From NCBI GenBank assembly GCA_038881895.1, contig JAVZOV010000002.1, positions 162,961-226,960 of the forward strand: a DNA stretch of 64,000 bases, given 5' to 3'. The notes under the pieces are model-generated. The model saw only the letters and a program-made list of their open reading frames with translations. It was not told the DNA's origin and made no database searches. The stretch is from Thermoprotei archaeon (GTDB lineage Archaea; Thermoproteota; Thermoprotei; Gearchaeales; WAQG01). A program made the translations under genes and the position numbers. Positions 1-9,780 of the stretch are shown one piece after another. Each line of letters begins with the position of its first letter. Within the stretch, counting starts at the first letter, position 1.

Positions 1-71
1 AGATTGTTCTTTCTGATGTAATATTTAAAATGATTTTCGAAATAAAAAATTAAAGAAATAATATTATATAT

Positions 72-1031
72 TTAATAATTTTTAATCATTTTTAGATCTG
101 CAATTCTTTTTATTCTTCGTTTTGTTGCATCTTCGCATGAACGTTTTTCGTCTTCAGTCTGTGGTTGATATCTAGGTAGGGCTGATGGGTTTCCATGTTC
201 ATCGAGGTGGACAAATGTCATGTAAGCTGTACCTACATGTCTGATGTAGTTATGAATTATTGATTCAGTTAGTATTTTTACTTTAATTTCCATAGAAGTA
301 TTCCAGACACAGGTGACACCGGCTTCTAATGTAAGCACATCACCAATTCTTATTGGTGAATAGAATTCCATGTTATCAAGGGAACCAGTTACAACAATAC
401 CTTTAGCGAATTTTGTAGCCAAAATGCCTGCAATTTCATCAATATACATAAAAAGTTTCCCTACGAACATTATGTTGCCTTGTAATGCGTCTTCAGGCAT
501 GACAGCGCGTATCGATTTTAGTTTCCATGTTAAATTACCTATATCACTGATGTTTAACGCTTGTTCTTTTCTCTTTAGAATTCTTGGTATTCTAGCATTT
601 CTTCTTGCAATTGCTTTTTCGTAAATTTCATGTTCGTCATCAGATGGTTCTAATGAAACTGGTACCGGACGTGGTTTTCCTTCAGGATCTACAGATACAA
701 ACGCCATGTAAGCCTTTGTGGCGGACATGCGCGTTCCTTTTATATGATCTTCAACGTCAACATCAACACTGACCTCCATTGAACTTCTTCCAATGTATTC
801 TACACGTCCAGTAATAATAACTGTATGACCCACCTTAACAGGGTTTAAGAAATATATGCTGTCCATTGAAGCTAACACTGTGAATCCCTTCGCAACTTTT
901 GATGCTGTTAATGTTCCGGCCATTGTTATCCAATGCATCATTCTACCACCATAAAGATTACCAAGTGGATTAGCATATTCTGGAAATACGTATTGTGTTA
1001 CAATGACCTCTGTTTCCTTAATCCTAACCAT
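72..1031 (-). CDS. acyl-CoA thioesterase with two tandem hotdog domains (BFIT/Acot7-like)
   Basis: Two repeated hotdog-fold halves (N-term YANPLGNLYGGRMMHWITMAGT; second half NIMFVGKLFMYIDEIAGILAT); 319 aa, typical length for tandem-hotdog acyl-CoA hydrolases. Confidence 0.6.
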   Translation of the reverse strand: MVRIKETEVIVTQYVFPEYANPLGNLYGGRMMHWITMAGTLTASKVAKGFTVLASMDSIYFLNPVKVGHTVIITGRVEYIGRSSMEVSVDVDVEDHIKGTRMSATKAYMAFVSVDPEGKPRPVPVSLEPSDDEHEIYEKAIARRNARIPRILKRKEQALNISDIGNLTWKLKSIRAVMPEDALQGNIMFVGKLFMYIDEIAGILATKFAKGIVVTGSLDNMEFYSPIRIGDVLTLEAGVTCVWNTSMEIKVKILTESIIHNYIRHVGTAYMTFVHLDEHGNPSALPRYQPQTEDEKRSCEDATKRRIKRIADLKMIKNY

Positions 1032-1171
1032 ACCTCACCATAAAAGAAACGAAAAAAGATATAATTTAATTTACCGAAAAATCTGTTCAAAAACTTATAA
1101 TCCGGTGTTAGCTGCTTTAAAGTATTCTGTTTTATTGATTTTTATGCAACAAGTTTGTGTAAAAATGTGAT

Positions 1172-2056
1172 TCATAATTTTTTAAACATTGTTGTAAAAA
1201 TATCTAGCAATGTTTCTCTGTTTAAATCTTTCCATATGTTTGAAAAGAATGTCACTGAGAATGATAATGTATGTTGACGATTATAATTTTTCTCTCTGGT
1301 AATATTGAGGAGAGGCCATATCATTGAATCAATGTGAAGAGGAGGAATTTGTGATGTGTGAGCTACAATATTCCATGCTTCTTGCGCATTTTTATAGTTT
1401 CTCATGATGATTTCTGCAATTTCATTTAATGGTTTTTTCGTGTATTTAGTATCAACTATATTAGTAATATAACTCATTATTGCAATTCTAAGATCGATAG
1501 GTATTGGTATGTCCATTGGAAGAGGATTAACTACTCCAGTAGATGCTCTGAAACTATAATATAACATTTTGATAGAAAAAACTATGGTTTTTAAATTAGC
1601 ATCGGTATTCATGTTCGTGGCTAGATGAAATCTTAACGTATTTAGATTATTAACATAGTAGTTGAAGTTCTCTTTTAATTCCATTAAAAATCCGGAATCT
1701 CTTAAAATCTTAAGACGTTGATACTTTTTTTCTATGAGAAGTTTATTTCCATTAGAATTCCTCATAAAGTCAAGCATAACCTCTGGTAACGAGTACAGAT
1801 CCTTTGGTGGATTGTGAACAAAATATTTTGCAAATTCCATCCAGTAATCTTCACCTTTTGATGAAAGTTTATAACTAACGAGAGCATTTGCTAACGATAA
1901 AATACCAGCGAGCTCTACATTACCTATTTTTGATAACAATTTCATAGCTACAAACTGTGGATCATGCTCCTCTAACATTAAAATACGTTTTAATCCAATC
2001 GATCTAAGTTTTTTACCTAATTCAATAGCATTCTCACTATTAATTCTCACCGACAT
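1172..2056 (-). CDS. conserved hypothetical protein; possibly an AGOG-family archaeal 8-oxoguanine DNA glycosylase (weak)
   Basis: 294-aa uninterrupted ORF, helical, no TM segment; size and general features resemble archaeal N-glycosylase/DNA lyase (AGOG) but I cannot verify the catalytic Lys/Asp from memory. Confidence 0.3.
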   Translation of the reverse strand: MSVRINSENAIELGKKLRSIGLKRILMLEEHDPQFVAMKLLSKIGNVELAGILSLANALVSYKLSSKGEDYWMEFAKYFVHNPPKDLYSLPEVMLDFMRNSNGNKLLIEKKYQRLKILRDSGFLMELKENFNYYVNNLNTLRFHLATNMNTDANLKTIVFSIKMLYYSFRASTGVVNPLPMDIPIPIDLRIAIMSYITNIVDTKYTKKPLNEIAEIIMRNYKNAQEAWNIVAHTSQIPPLHIDSMIWPLLNITREKNYNRQHTLSFSVTFFSNIWKDLNRETLLDIFTTMFKKL

Positions 2057-2531
2057 ACGTAATTATTACACAAGAATTGCTAATATTTTTTAATGATCTA
2101 TTACGAAACTCATCATTCCAAAATCATCTACTGTAGAACTCGATAAAAACCTTTAAAATATTGTCAAAAGTTATGAAGTATTGCTATTTTTCATTCAAGT
2201 GAGTTACTCCACGATTGAAGTAAGATGTTCCCAGTGCTCACTGAGACCTTGCATCCATCGCTTCATTCGTTGGTTTTAGGAGTATACTATTTCCTCATAC
2301 CACAAAGCTAATTACCTTAGAGACTATATGCATATGAATTTGAACCTCTATTTTCCCTATGAAAAATTTCTTATTCTTTTGAAGTTTGACATATTTAAAG
2401 TTAACAATTCATCCTAGAACCAAAGTTCTAAAAATTCTAGGCCTTCATTTATTATAATAATTATGTCGAAAATTCTAAATTCAATTCGTATAAATAATGA
2501 GAGAACCACTAAAACAACACAAGATTTATAT

Positions 2532-2562
2532 TTAGGTTCAGCCTAACTTAGGTTGAGCCTAA
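2532..2562 (+). promoter_or_regulatory. tandem DtxR/IdeR-type 'iron box' operator overlapping the start of the repressor gene
   Basis: TTAGGTTcAGCCTAAc TTAGGTTgAGCCTAAc directly before the ATG at 2564; each copy is a near-perfect palindrome and matches the classical DtxR consensus TTAGGTTAGCCTAACCTAA. Confidence 0.6.
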
Positions 2563-2563
2563 C

Positions 2564-2995
2564 ATGATAGCAATCTCACAAAGAGAAGCCGTTTACTTGA
2601 GGATAATTGGGGATCTCACAGAATTAGGTACAAAACCTACAACTAGTGGCGAAATAGCAAAAGCGCTTGGTATAAAAGCACCTTCTGTAATTGATATGAT
2701 AAAGCGATTTTCTGAAATTGGACTTGTAAAGTACACACCATGGAAAGGTATACGATTAACCGAACAGGGAATACATGAAGTAAGAATGTTAATAAGAAGT
2801 CATAGAATTCTTGAGACGTATCTTTATAACGTGTTAGGTATTAATGTAGAAGATGCTTGTGAGGAAGTTTCTGATTTTGATTCTTATGTATCACATAATA
2901 TTATAAACAACATGTGCTCACGTCTAGGGCATCCTAAAAAATGTCCTCATGGATTAGAGATACCGGCTGCCCCAGAATGTTGTGGAGGTGTTTAA
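2564..2995 (+). CDS. DtxR/MntR-family metal-dependent transcriptional repressor
   Basis: N-terminal wHTH, a metal-binding/dimerisation helix region (HRILETYLYN...), and a C-terminal Cys/His-rich tail; first gene of the metal ABC transporter operon. Confidence 0.75.
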   Translation: MIAISQREAVYLRIIGDLTELGTKPTTSGEIAKALGIKAPSVIDMIKRFSEIGLVKYTPWKGIRLTEQGIHEVRMLIRSHRILETYLYNVLGINVEDACEEVSDFDSYVSHNIINNMCSRLGHPKKCPHGLEIPAAPECCGGV

Positions 2996-4022
2996 ATTGA
3001 AGAAAACTGTTATCATAATCATTATTACAATGTTAATGGTCACTATATTCAACTCGCCGGTATTTGCTTCTTCACAGCATGTTAAGGTTGCTGTATCATT
3101 AGGAGTTTTCGTTCCAATAGTGAAAGATATCGGAGGAACGTATGCTGAAGTTTTTTCTATAGTTCCTCCTGGTGTAGAACCTCACGAGTTTATATTAACT
3201 CCTGGAGTTATTAATGAAGCATCACTTGCAGATTTGATCATAATAGATGGACACATCGAGTGGGAAAATAAACTATTAGATGCCGTTTCTCAGGCAAAGG
3301 ATAGACCTATCAATAATTTTTCGCTGAATCTTATCAATTATTCTTCGAATATGACAATACTTGACATGCCAAGCGGATCTGGATTATACGGTAAAAACTA
3401 TCATGGTTACTGGCTTTTACCTGATAATATGAAAGTTATTGCTAGATTAATATATGAAAGATTATCGAGCATTGATCCTGCCCATTCAAGTTATTATAAC
3501 TCAAATCTTCAAATGTTTCTTGACAGAGTCTCATTTTTAGAAAATATGTTATCAAAGGTTAGGAGCCTGCTTAATGGTAAACCTGTTGTTCTCGGATTTT
3601 TAGAGGAAGATTATATCGCATATAGTATGGGACTTAAGGTTATAACAGTGTTATCTGCTAGCGAAAGCCCAACTGCGAATCCTAACGCGCTAAGTTTAGC
3701 ATATAATATGTTAAAAAGTGAAAAAGGCATTATAATGGTTTCAGATGTTGCAGCTGAGATGCCGTTGTACAACTCTGCTGTTCAATTATCTAAGCAAACT
3801 GGAGCTCCGTTAGTAACAGTTGATACTACGGTCAATATAGATTATGTATCAGCGATGATGTATAATATAGGAAAAGTTGAAGGTGCAATCAGCATAGAAA
3901 ACATCGTGCCAACTTCACAAGTTCAAATTGTGGATCCTATGTTAATTTTTTCGGTAGGTCTTGTTGGCGTAATTATAGTGGAATCTGTGTATATCTTTAG
4001 ACTTAGGAGGTTATTAAAATGA
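2982..4022 (+). CDS. metal (Zn/Mn/Fe) ABC transporter substrate-binding protein, ZnuA/TroA-like, membrane anchored
   Basis: N-terminal signal/anchor and a C-terminal TM segment; EPHEF motif typical of cluster-9 metal-binding proteins (DPHxW/EPHxY); sits upstream of the ATPase and permease genes. Confidence 0.6.
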   Translation: MEVFKLKKTVIIIIITMLMVTIFNSPVFASSQHVKVAVSLGVFVPIVKDIGGTYAEVFSIVPPGVEPHEFILTPGVINEASLADLIIIDGHIEWENKLLDAVSQAKDRPINNFSLNLINYSSNMTILDMPSGSGLYGKNYHGYWLLPDNMKVIARLIYERLSSIDPAHSSYYNSNLQMFLDRVSFLENMLSKVRSLLNGKPVVLGFLEEDYIAYSMGLKVITVLSASESPTANPNALSLAYNMLKSEKGIIMVSDVAAEMPLYNSAVQLSKQTGAPLVTVDTTVNIDYVSAMMYNIGKVEGAISIENIVPTSQVQIVDPMLIFSVGLVGVIIVESVYIFRLRRLLK

Positions 4023-4798
4023 GTATTATTGATGTAAAAAATTTAACAGCTAGTTATAATGGAGAACCAGCAATATTAGATATTAGTTTTCAGTTGAACG
4101 ATCCTTCAATAACTGTAATATTAGGTCCTAATGGCGCTGGCAAGACTACATTACTTAAGGCTTTAATAGGTATTATTAAGCCTGATCATGGGATTATTAG
4201 AGTTCTTGGTTTTGATCCTGTAAATGATTCATTTAGGCTACGTCGATTTATAGGTTATGTTCCTCAGCGTGATAAAATTGTAAGAAATCTACCTCTTAAG
4301 GTTAGAGATGTCATTCTTATGGGTCTTTTGACTAAACGACAATGGCCTCGTATACCATCAAAAAGTGATGTAGATAAGATGTATAAAATGTTAGAATTGT
4401 TGGATTTAAATGACTCTGTTGATAAGACATTTGGAGAGTTAAGTGGAGGTCAGCAGCAAAAAGTCCTGCTTGCTAGGGCGTTAATCTCAGAACCTAAAAT
4501 CCTATTTTTAGATGAACCATTTAACGGTGTTGACATGAAAAGTCAAGCGTATATAATAGAAAAAATAAAGTCGTTACGATACACTAACAAGATTACCATT
4601 TTGATAGTGACCCATGATATAAATCCTTTAATAGATATTGCAGAAAACTTAATAATTCTAAATAAGAGCGTAATAGCTATTGGAAAACCGCTTGAGATAT
4701 TAACTGAACAAACATTGTCTAAGGCGTATGGTGGTGGTAAAGTAATAATAATACAAGATAGATGTTATACTATAACCGGTGATGTACATTCAAGGTGA
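4019..4798 (+). CDS. metal ABC transporter ATP-binding protein (ZnuC/MntB-like)
   Basis: Walker A GPNGAGKTT, ABC signature LSGGQQQ, Walker B ILFLDEP; 4-nt overlap with the upstream gene. Confidence 0.8.
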   Translation: MSIIDVKNLTASYNGEPAILDISFQLNDPSITVILGPNGAGKTTLLKALIGIIKPDHGIIRVLGFDPVNDSFRLRRFIGYVPQRDKIVRNLPLKVRDVILMGLLTKRQWPRIPSKSDVDKMYKMLELLDLNDSVDKTFGELSGGQQQKVLLARALISEPKILFLDEPFNGVDMKSQAYIIEKIKSLRYTNKITILIVTHDINPLIDIAENLIILNKSVIAIGKPLEILTEQTLSKAYGGGKVIIIQDRCYTITGDVHSR

Positions 4799-5631
4799 TC
4801 GATATGATTAATCTAACAAGTCCCTTTATAATAAATGCTATAATTGGGATCATTTTGGGAAGTTTTGCAGCCCTTATAGCTGGAACTATTTCCATGTTAA
4901 GAGGTGTCCATTATCTTTCTGCAGAGGTCACTCATGCTGCTCTTGGTGGAGCAGCAATAGGTGCATTAATTTATGAGATTACTCACGTTGATTTAATATT
5001 TTTTATTGCTGCTTTACTTTTTAGCGTGCTAACATCCGTGTTTACTGGTTATATAACTAGAAAAGGTGGTATTGAGATCTCTGGATTGGCCATAGGATTA
5101 GCGCTCGCTTTTAGTTTATCTATATATGCTATAGTAATAGGTTTAATTCCGGCTGAGTTACAAATTAAGGTTAACAGTTATCTAATTTCTGACATTTTAC
5201 TTCTCACAAACGTAGATCTAATATACATGGCAATAACAGTAGTAACTGGTTTATTAATTGTCCTCTTTTTTTACAATGAAGTTATTTACACATGCTTTGA
5301 TTTAGAGGGCGCAGAGGCCTTAGGATTGAGGACAAAAGTTTACGATTACGTTATATTTGCTTTAGTAGGCATGACTGGAGTTGTAATTGCAAAAGCTGTA
5401 GGTGCATTATTAGTATTCGCTTTAGCAATAGTACCTGCAGCAACAGCGAAGGAATTATCAGATAGTATACCTAAGCTTTTCTTTTACACCCTTATAATAG
5501 CATTAGCATCCGGATTTTCTGGATTATTTCTTTCAGTCTTGATAAACTTTCCAACAAGCGGTATGATAGCAATGGTTGCATCACTAATATACTTAATAGT
5601 AATAATAGTTCGGAGACTAATTAACAAATAA
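4795..5631 (+). CDS. metal ABC transporter permease (ZnuB-like)
   Basis: About 8 TM helices; overlaps the ATPase gene by 4 nt (translational coupling). Confidence 0.7.
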   Translation: MIDMINLTSPFIINAIIGIILGSFAALIAGTISMLRGVHYLSAEVTHAALGGAAIGALIYEITHVDLIFFIAALLFSVLTSVFTGYITRKGGIEISGLAIGLALAFSLSIYAIVIGLIPAELQIKVNSYLISDILLLTNVDLIYMAITVVTGLLIVLFFYNEVIYTCFDLEGAEALGLRTKVYDYVIFALVGMTGVVIAKAVGALLVFALAIVPAATAKELSDSIPKLFFYTLIIALASGFSGLFLSVLINFPTSGMIAMVASLIYLIVIIVRRLINK

Positions 5632-5644
5632 ATATTTTTAACTT

Positions 5645-5925
5645 TGATGGTGGGAAGTCCTCATCCGTAGGGGTGGGGATGAAGGCCGATAAGCTTATAT
5701 TTTTTCTCGTTGTATTTATCGTTGTCTGCTTGGTTGGCAGACCTAGTAGGCATGGGACAGGCCGAAAGAGACGCCTGCTGAGGGCAAGACCTCCATAACC
5801 CACCTTCCACACGGGATTCCCGAAACGGTCTCACTTGCCGAGACCTCCGCTGTGGGTGAGTGGAGATCGAGTCTGTCCGTGGAAGCAGGAAGCCACCTGC
5901 GAAAGCTGGTGGTAGTTCACTATAA
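5645..5925. ncRNA. GC-rich structured-RNA candidate or repeat element (unassigned)
   Basis: About 280-bp island far richer in G+C than its surroundings, with multiple hairpins (tcctcatcc/ggatgaagg; ccgaaacgg..ccg), non-coding in all frames; the 63-aa ORF 5621..5812 across it is probably an artefact. Confidence 0.35.
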
Positions 5926-6137
5926 ATCCTTTATACCTGTCTCCACAGAGACAAGGTTAACAGGTTAGTGATAGAGTCTTTGCTTCTAACTGGTCTATTG
6001 CTCATTGTCCTCTTAGGCTCTTACCTCATTTTATTTTATCTTGGAGGCAAAAATTTCCTGACCTTAACAGTGAAGAGTGTCAACTAATGCTAATAATCTT
6101 TAAATGATTCAAGAAAATTTGAATATGTGGTGTAACA

Positions 6138-8930
6138 ATGAAGTTTATATCAATAGCTTTGGTTGTGTTAATATTCATGTATTCTATTACGATAGGTGTT
6201 CATGCTGTTTTAGCACAAGAACTGCATGAACAATATTCAGAAACGCTTCATATATATCAGATTTACAGTAAAACAATAGTCATGGGCATCTTTAGCGGTG
6301 ATCGTGTAAAACAATTACTTCCTGATGCGCTTGTCCAAGGTTTACAATATTTCTCTATTTCTGTTGCTAAGTATACACCAGATACTGCCAATGTTTACTG
6401 GTTAATTAATGATAACCCTGAAAAAGAGAGTACACACTATCTCTATTGGAGAGGTATACAAGTAAATGTAACGTATCAAACATCTAATTATGATCCCAGT
6501 AATTTAATTAACTGGCTTTGCGATAGATTCCAAACAGTTTTTCAGAGATTGAACTCAACTTCTAAATCATATGTATTCTACAGCGGTGGAAATCTTAATG
6601 TATTCTCCAAGTTGTTAATCGATAGCATCATGGATAAAAATGCACAAGGATTTTTCAATCTATTTGAAAATCGTACAATCGATTATGTCGAATACAGATT
6701 CTCTAACAGAGAAAGTAAGCTCATAGTAGTTACGGTTATTAACACGCCACAATCGATGATTCCACGTAATATAGGGTCAATCAGCGTGCTTAATTATACA
6801 AAAATATTGAATACCATGTTACAAACGTCACAATTCTCTGGTAATTCATCAATAACGTTTCATCTTTATGGATTGAGTGTAAACAGATCCGATATAAGTT
6901 ATGCTCAAAATATTAATTGGATTTCTGGACCAAACAATCACTGGGTTACAACAGGATTCTATAAATTAATGCCGAATACAGTGATTCAAAAAATGAACAT
7001 CTATGTGATGTTATTTAACCAACCGTTAATTTTTTATTTAATGCCAGATAAATCCCATTTACCAGATAATGAGACACTACAAGTTACTGTTAATGTTACT
7101 AATCCAAATCAAACAGTAATCAACAATGTAGCTGTCAATTTAATTATTCCTAGGGGTTTTATTGAATCACCGTCAATAACTGTTCACGTAGGGAACATGC
7201 AACCAAACTCAACAATATCTAAGAAAGTACTACTTCATTATGTACATTCAGAAGAAAGCATTCTGCGTATTAGGTCTATGTACAGTTATCATGATGGTGC
7301 TACCATAGTTCAGGGTTATGCTAACGATATGATAATATCGACAGAATTTGTGCGTTTTCCATCAATTGTATATTATGTGAGACCATTGACTACTACACCT
7401 CAGATAGATGGTAGTACTGCTGTCACGTATGAGGTAAATATACATAATATGGGAGATGGTGATGCAAAAGATGTAACACTTCATATGAGCACTTATTACA
7501 TCAATCTAGGAGAGATAAACAAGAATGAATCAATTACTTATAAAATGAAGTATGATCCTAAAAATGTAACATTTTCACAGATAATACCATCTCACTCTGA
7601 TGCGACACCACCAATATACATTACCTTTATTTACAATAATCTTTCATTCACGTTACTTAGTAATACAACTTTACCATCATTAGTAAGAGTATTTTCTAAT
7701 TATCAAATATTTATAGGAACTCTTACGCCTCAATCAATCTTGTTCACGTCAACATATACAACGACATGGAATATTACTAACATGGGTGGCCTAAGAACTA
7801 CTCCAATAATACTAAATAAAGCATGGTTAACTGAAATAGGACTCATTCATAATAAACCAGACAGTTTTAGTGAAATACCCGAATATCTAGTAGTAAACAC
7901 GAGTGTTCCTTTTAATTATTCCATAACGATATCATTATCATTAACTGCTACACATAATGATACATTTATTTTACCTCCACTTCTTCAAAATATCTCTGGA
8001 TTACCACCAATAATGATGGAACCAGCTATTTTTACTAATGCTATATACATCAGTAAGAATGTGAGTAAAACATCACTAAACATTGGCGATACACTGGATG
8101 TTCTGATAAAAGTTCAGAACTTAGGTAATAAACCAATATTTTCTATAACAATAAATGATACAATACCTCAAGGTTGGGAGTTAATAGGAGGAATACCAAA
8201 AAGTAATATAACAAAAATTGATCCTAATAGCACGTATATATTAAAATACTCAATAAGGGCATTAGATCCACAATCTCAAACATTACCTTCTCTTGAGGTT
8301 CGGTTCTCAATTAATAATTTTAACTTGAAATATTTATCAAAACAAACTATGATGTACGTTAGATTATTAGTAAATCTAAACATTGTTGCATGGAACGATG
8401 AACCTCTCAAAAGTGGATTTTTAATAATTAAAGACTCCATTAATAAAAATAATACTGAAATGCCTATTAGTAATGGAAAAGTTGTTTGGAATGGATATGT
8501 GGGTTATTTTAATGTTCAAGTGATTTATAGGAATATCACTGTTTATAACAAATCAATAAGCATAACTAATAGTAACTCTACTCTTACACTCAAAACTTCG
8601 GTATATCCGTTCATAATACGAACGGTTGATCTTTTGGATAATCCAATAAACTCCGAAATTTATATTTATTCGAATAAAACATTACTTGGAAAGAATAACA
8701 ATGTGATTAGCATACTTTTGCCTTCAGGTTCTTATAACATTCTTGTTAAATCTAACGGAAAAATATTTTCAATGCCTCTTGATGTAGTGGGACCTGCTGG
8801 TGAAACGGTTAGCATTAGGTTTAATGTAATACAAGTTGGTAGTTTAAGCATTAAGGTACCGATCTTGATGCTGATAATTACTATATTATTCATAGCAGTT
8901 ATAGTTTACGCATTAAGAGACATTACTTAA
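6138..8930 (+). CDS. large surface (S-layer-like) glycoprotein with signal peptide and C-terminal TM anchor
   Basis: N-terminal signal peptide, C-terminal hydrophobic anchor (LMLIITILFIAVIVYAL), more than 25 N-x-S/T sequons, beta-rich Thr/Asn/Ser composition. Confidence 0.45.
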   Translation: MKFISIALVVLIFMYSITIGVHAVLAQELHEQYSETLHIYQIYSKTIVMGIFSGDRVKQLLPDALVQGLQYFSISVAKYTPDTANVYWLINDNPEKESTHYLYWRGIQVNVTYQTSNYDPSNLINWLCDRFQTVFQRLNSTSKSYVFYSGGNLNVFSKLLIDSIMDKNAQGFFNLFENRTIDYVEYRFSNRESKLIVVTVINTPQSMIPRNIGSISVLNYTKILNTMLQTSQFSGNSSITFHLYGLSVNRSDISYAQNINWISGPNNHWVTTGFYKLMPNTVIQKMNIYVMLFNQPLIFYLMPDKSHLPDNETLQVTVNVTNPNQTVINNVAVNLIIPRGFIESPSITVHVGNMQPNSTISKKVLLHYVHSEESILRIRSMYSYHDGATIVQGYANDMIISTEFVRFPSIVYYVRPLTTTPQIDGSTAVTYEVNIHNMGDGDAKDVTLHMSTYYINLGEINKNESITYKMKYDPKNVTFSQIIPSHSDATPPIYITFIYNNLSFTLLSNTTLPSLVRVFSNYQIFIGTLTPQSILFTSTYTTTWNITNMGGLRTTPIILNKAWLTEIGLIHNKPDSFSEIPEYLVVNTSVPFNYSITISLSLTATHNDTFILPPLLQNISGLPPIMMEPAIFTNAIYISKNVSKTSLNIGDTLDVLIKVQNLGNKPIFSITINDTIPQGWELIGGIPKSNITKIDPNSTYILKYSIRALDPQSQTLPSLEVRFSINNFNLKYLSKQTMMYVRLLVNLNIVAWNDEPLKSGFLIIKDSINKNNTEMPISNGKVVWNGYVGYFNVQVIYRNITVYNKSISITNSNSTLTLKTSVYPFIIRTVDLLDNPINSEIYIYSNKTLLGKNNNVISILLPSGSYNILVKSNGKIFSMPLDVVGPAGETVSIRFNVIQVGSLSIKVPILMLIITILFIAVIVYALRDIT

Positions 8931-9630
8931 TTATTAACAATGATTTTATTGGGTATGGATATTCGTTTCTTAAATTTTCTAATGCATTACCTATTGAGAC
9001 TAGGGAATATATTCCTGCAATCTCTGCTCTGACCTCTCTGCAGATACTAACCAATGCTTTTATAGTGGAACCAGATCGTATTATATCATCCACTATTAAG
9101 ACTTTATCACCTCGTCTTATAAGATTTTTTGGAACATAGATGTATGTATAAACACCAGAAACATAGGTTTGTTTAGCCTCAATAAAATTATCAATACCTA
9201 GTTCTTTTTTATTTTTTGCAACAATAACTGGAACACCTAGTTCATTACCAACGAGTGTTGCTAATGGTATACCATCGGTCTCTTTTGTGAGAACTTTGGT
9301 TACTCCAGTGTCGCTGAATTCGTCAGATATTAGTTTTGCAATGTATGAGAGAAGACGAGTATCAGATAAGAGAGGAGTGATCTGTATAATATTTTCTCTT
9401 TTAATAATTTTGCTCTCAGCTGCTTGTCTTAAATAAATGGATTTAAAAAGTTGAATAAACATTTTTGCTCGTTCTAGGCTAGGAAGAACATAACCATTAA
9501 CATATCTACTTAAAACAGGCGGGGGTAATCCAGTTTCACGTGAAAGTTCATTATATTGATACATTGACTTAAGTAACCTAAGAATCTCAATGCTATACAT
9601 TCTTGTTTTAATTTCTATCAATTTATCCAT
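8923..9630 (-). CDS. HTH domain fused to type-I phosphoribosyltransferase domain (PyrE-like regulator, GfcR-type)
   Basis: N-terminal HTH (LSRETGLPPPVLSRYVNG) plus the PRPP-binding motif VLIVDDIIRSGST. Confidence 0.5.
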   Translation of the reverse strand: MDKLIEIKTRMYSIEILRLLKSMYQYNELSRETGLPPPVLSRYVNGYVLPSLERAKMFIQLFKSIYLRQAAESKIIKRENIIQITPLLSDTRLLSYIAKLISDEFSDTGVTKVLTKETDGIPLATLVGNELGVPVIVAKNKKELGIDNFIEAKQTYVSGVYTYIYVPKNLIRRGDKVLIVDDIIRSGSTIKALVSICREVRAEIAGIYSLVSIGNALENLRNEYPYPIKSLLIIK

Positions 9631-9780
9631 TTCAATCTCATATCAATCATAGCGTATCTAGATAATTAACTTTACTCTGAAAATTGATATACAACATGGT
9701 TTAAAATAAAATAAATAACAAAAAATTGATCATTAATTTTCTTTAGAAAAGTAAGACATAAATAATATTGATTTTTACAT

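Noticed and set aside
5621-5812. 63-aa ORF overlapping the GC-rich island
   Set aside because: Antisense or overlap by-product of the GC-rich sequence; no start context.
5645-5925. RNase P RNA assignment for the GC-rich island
   Set aside because: CR-I-like and CR-V-like fragments are present, but I could not build the obligatory P4 pairing or find CR-II/III in either orientation; kept only as an unassigned candidate.
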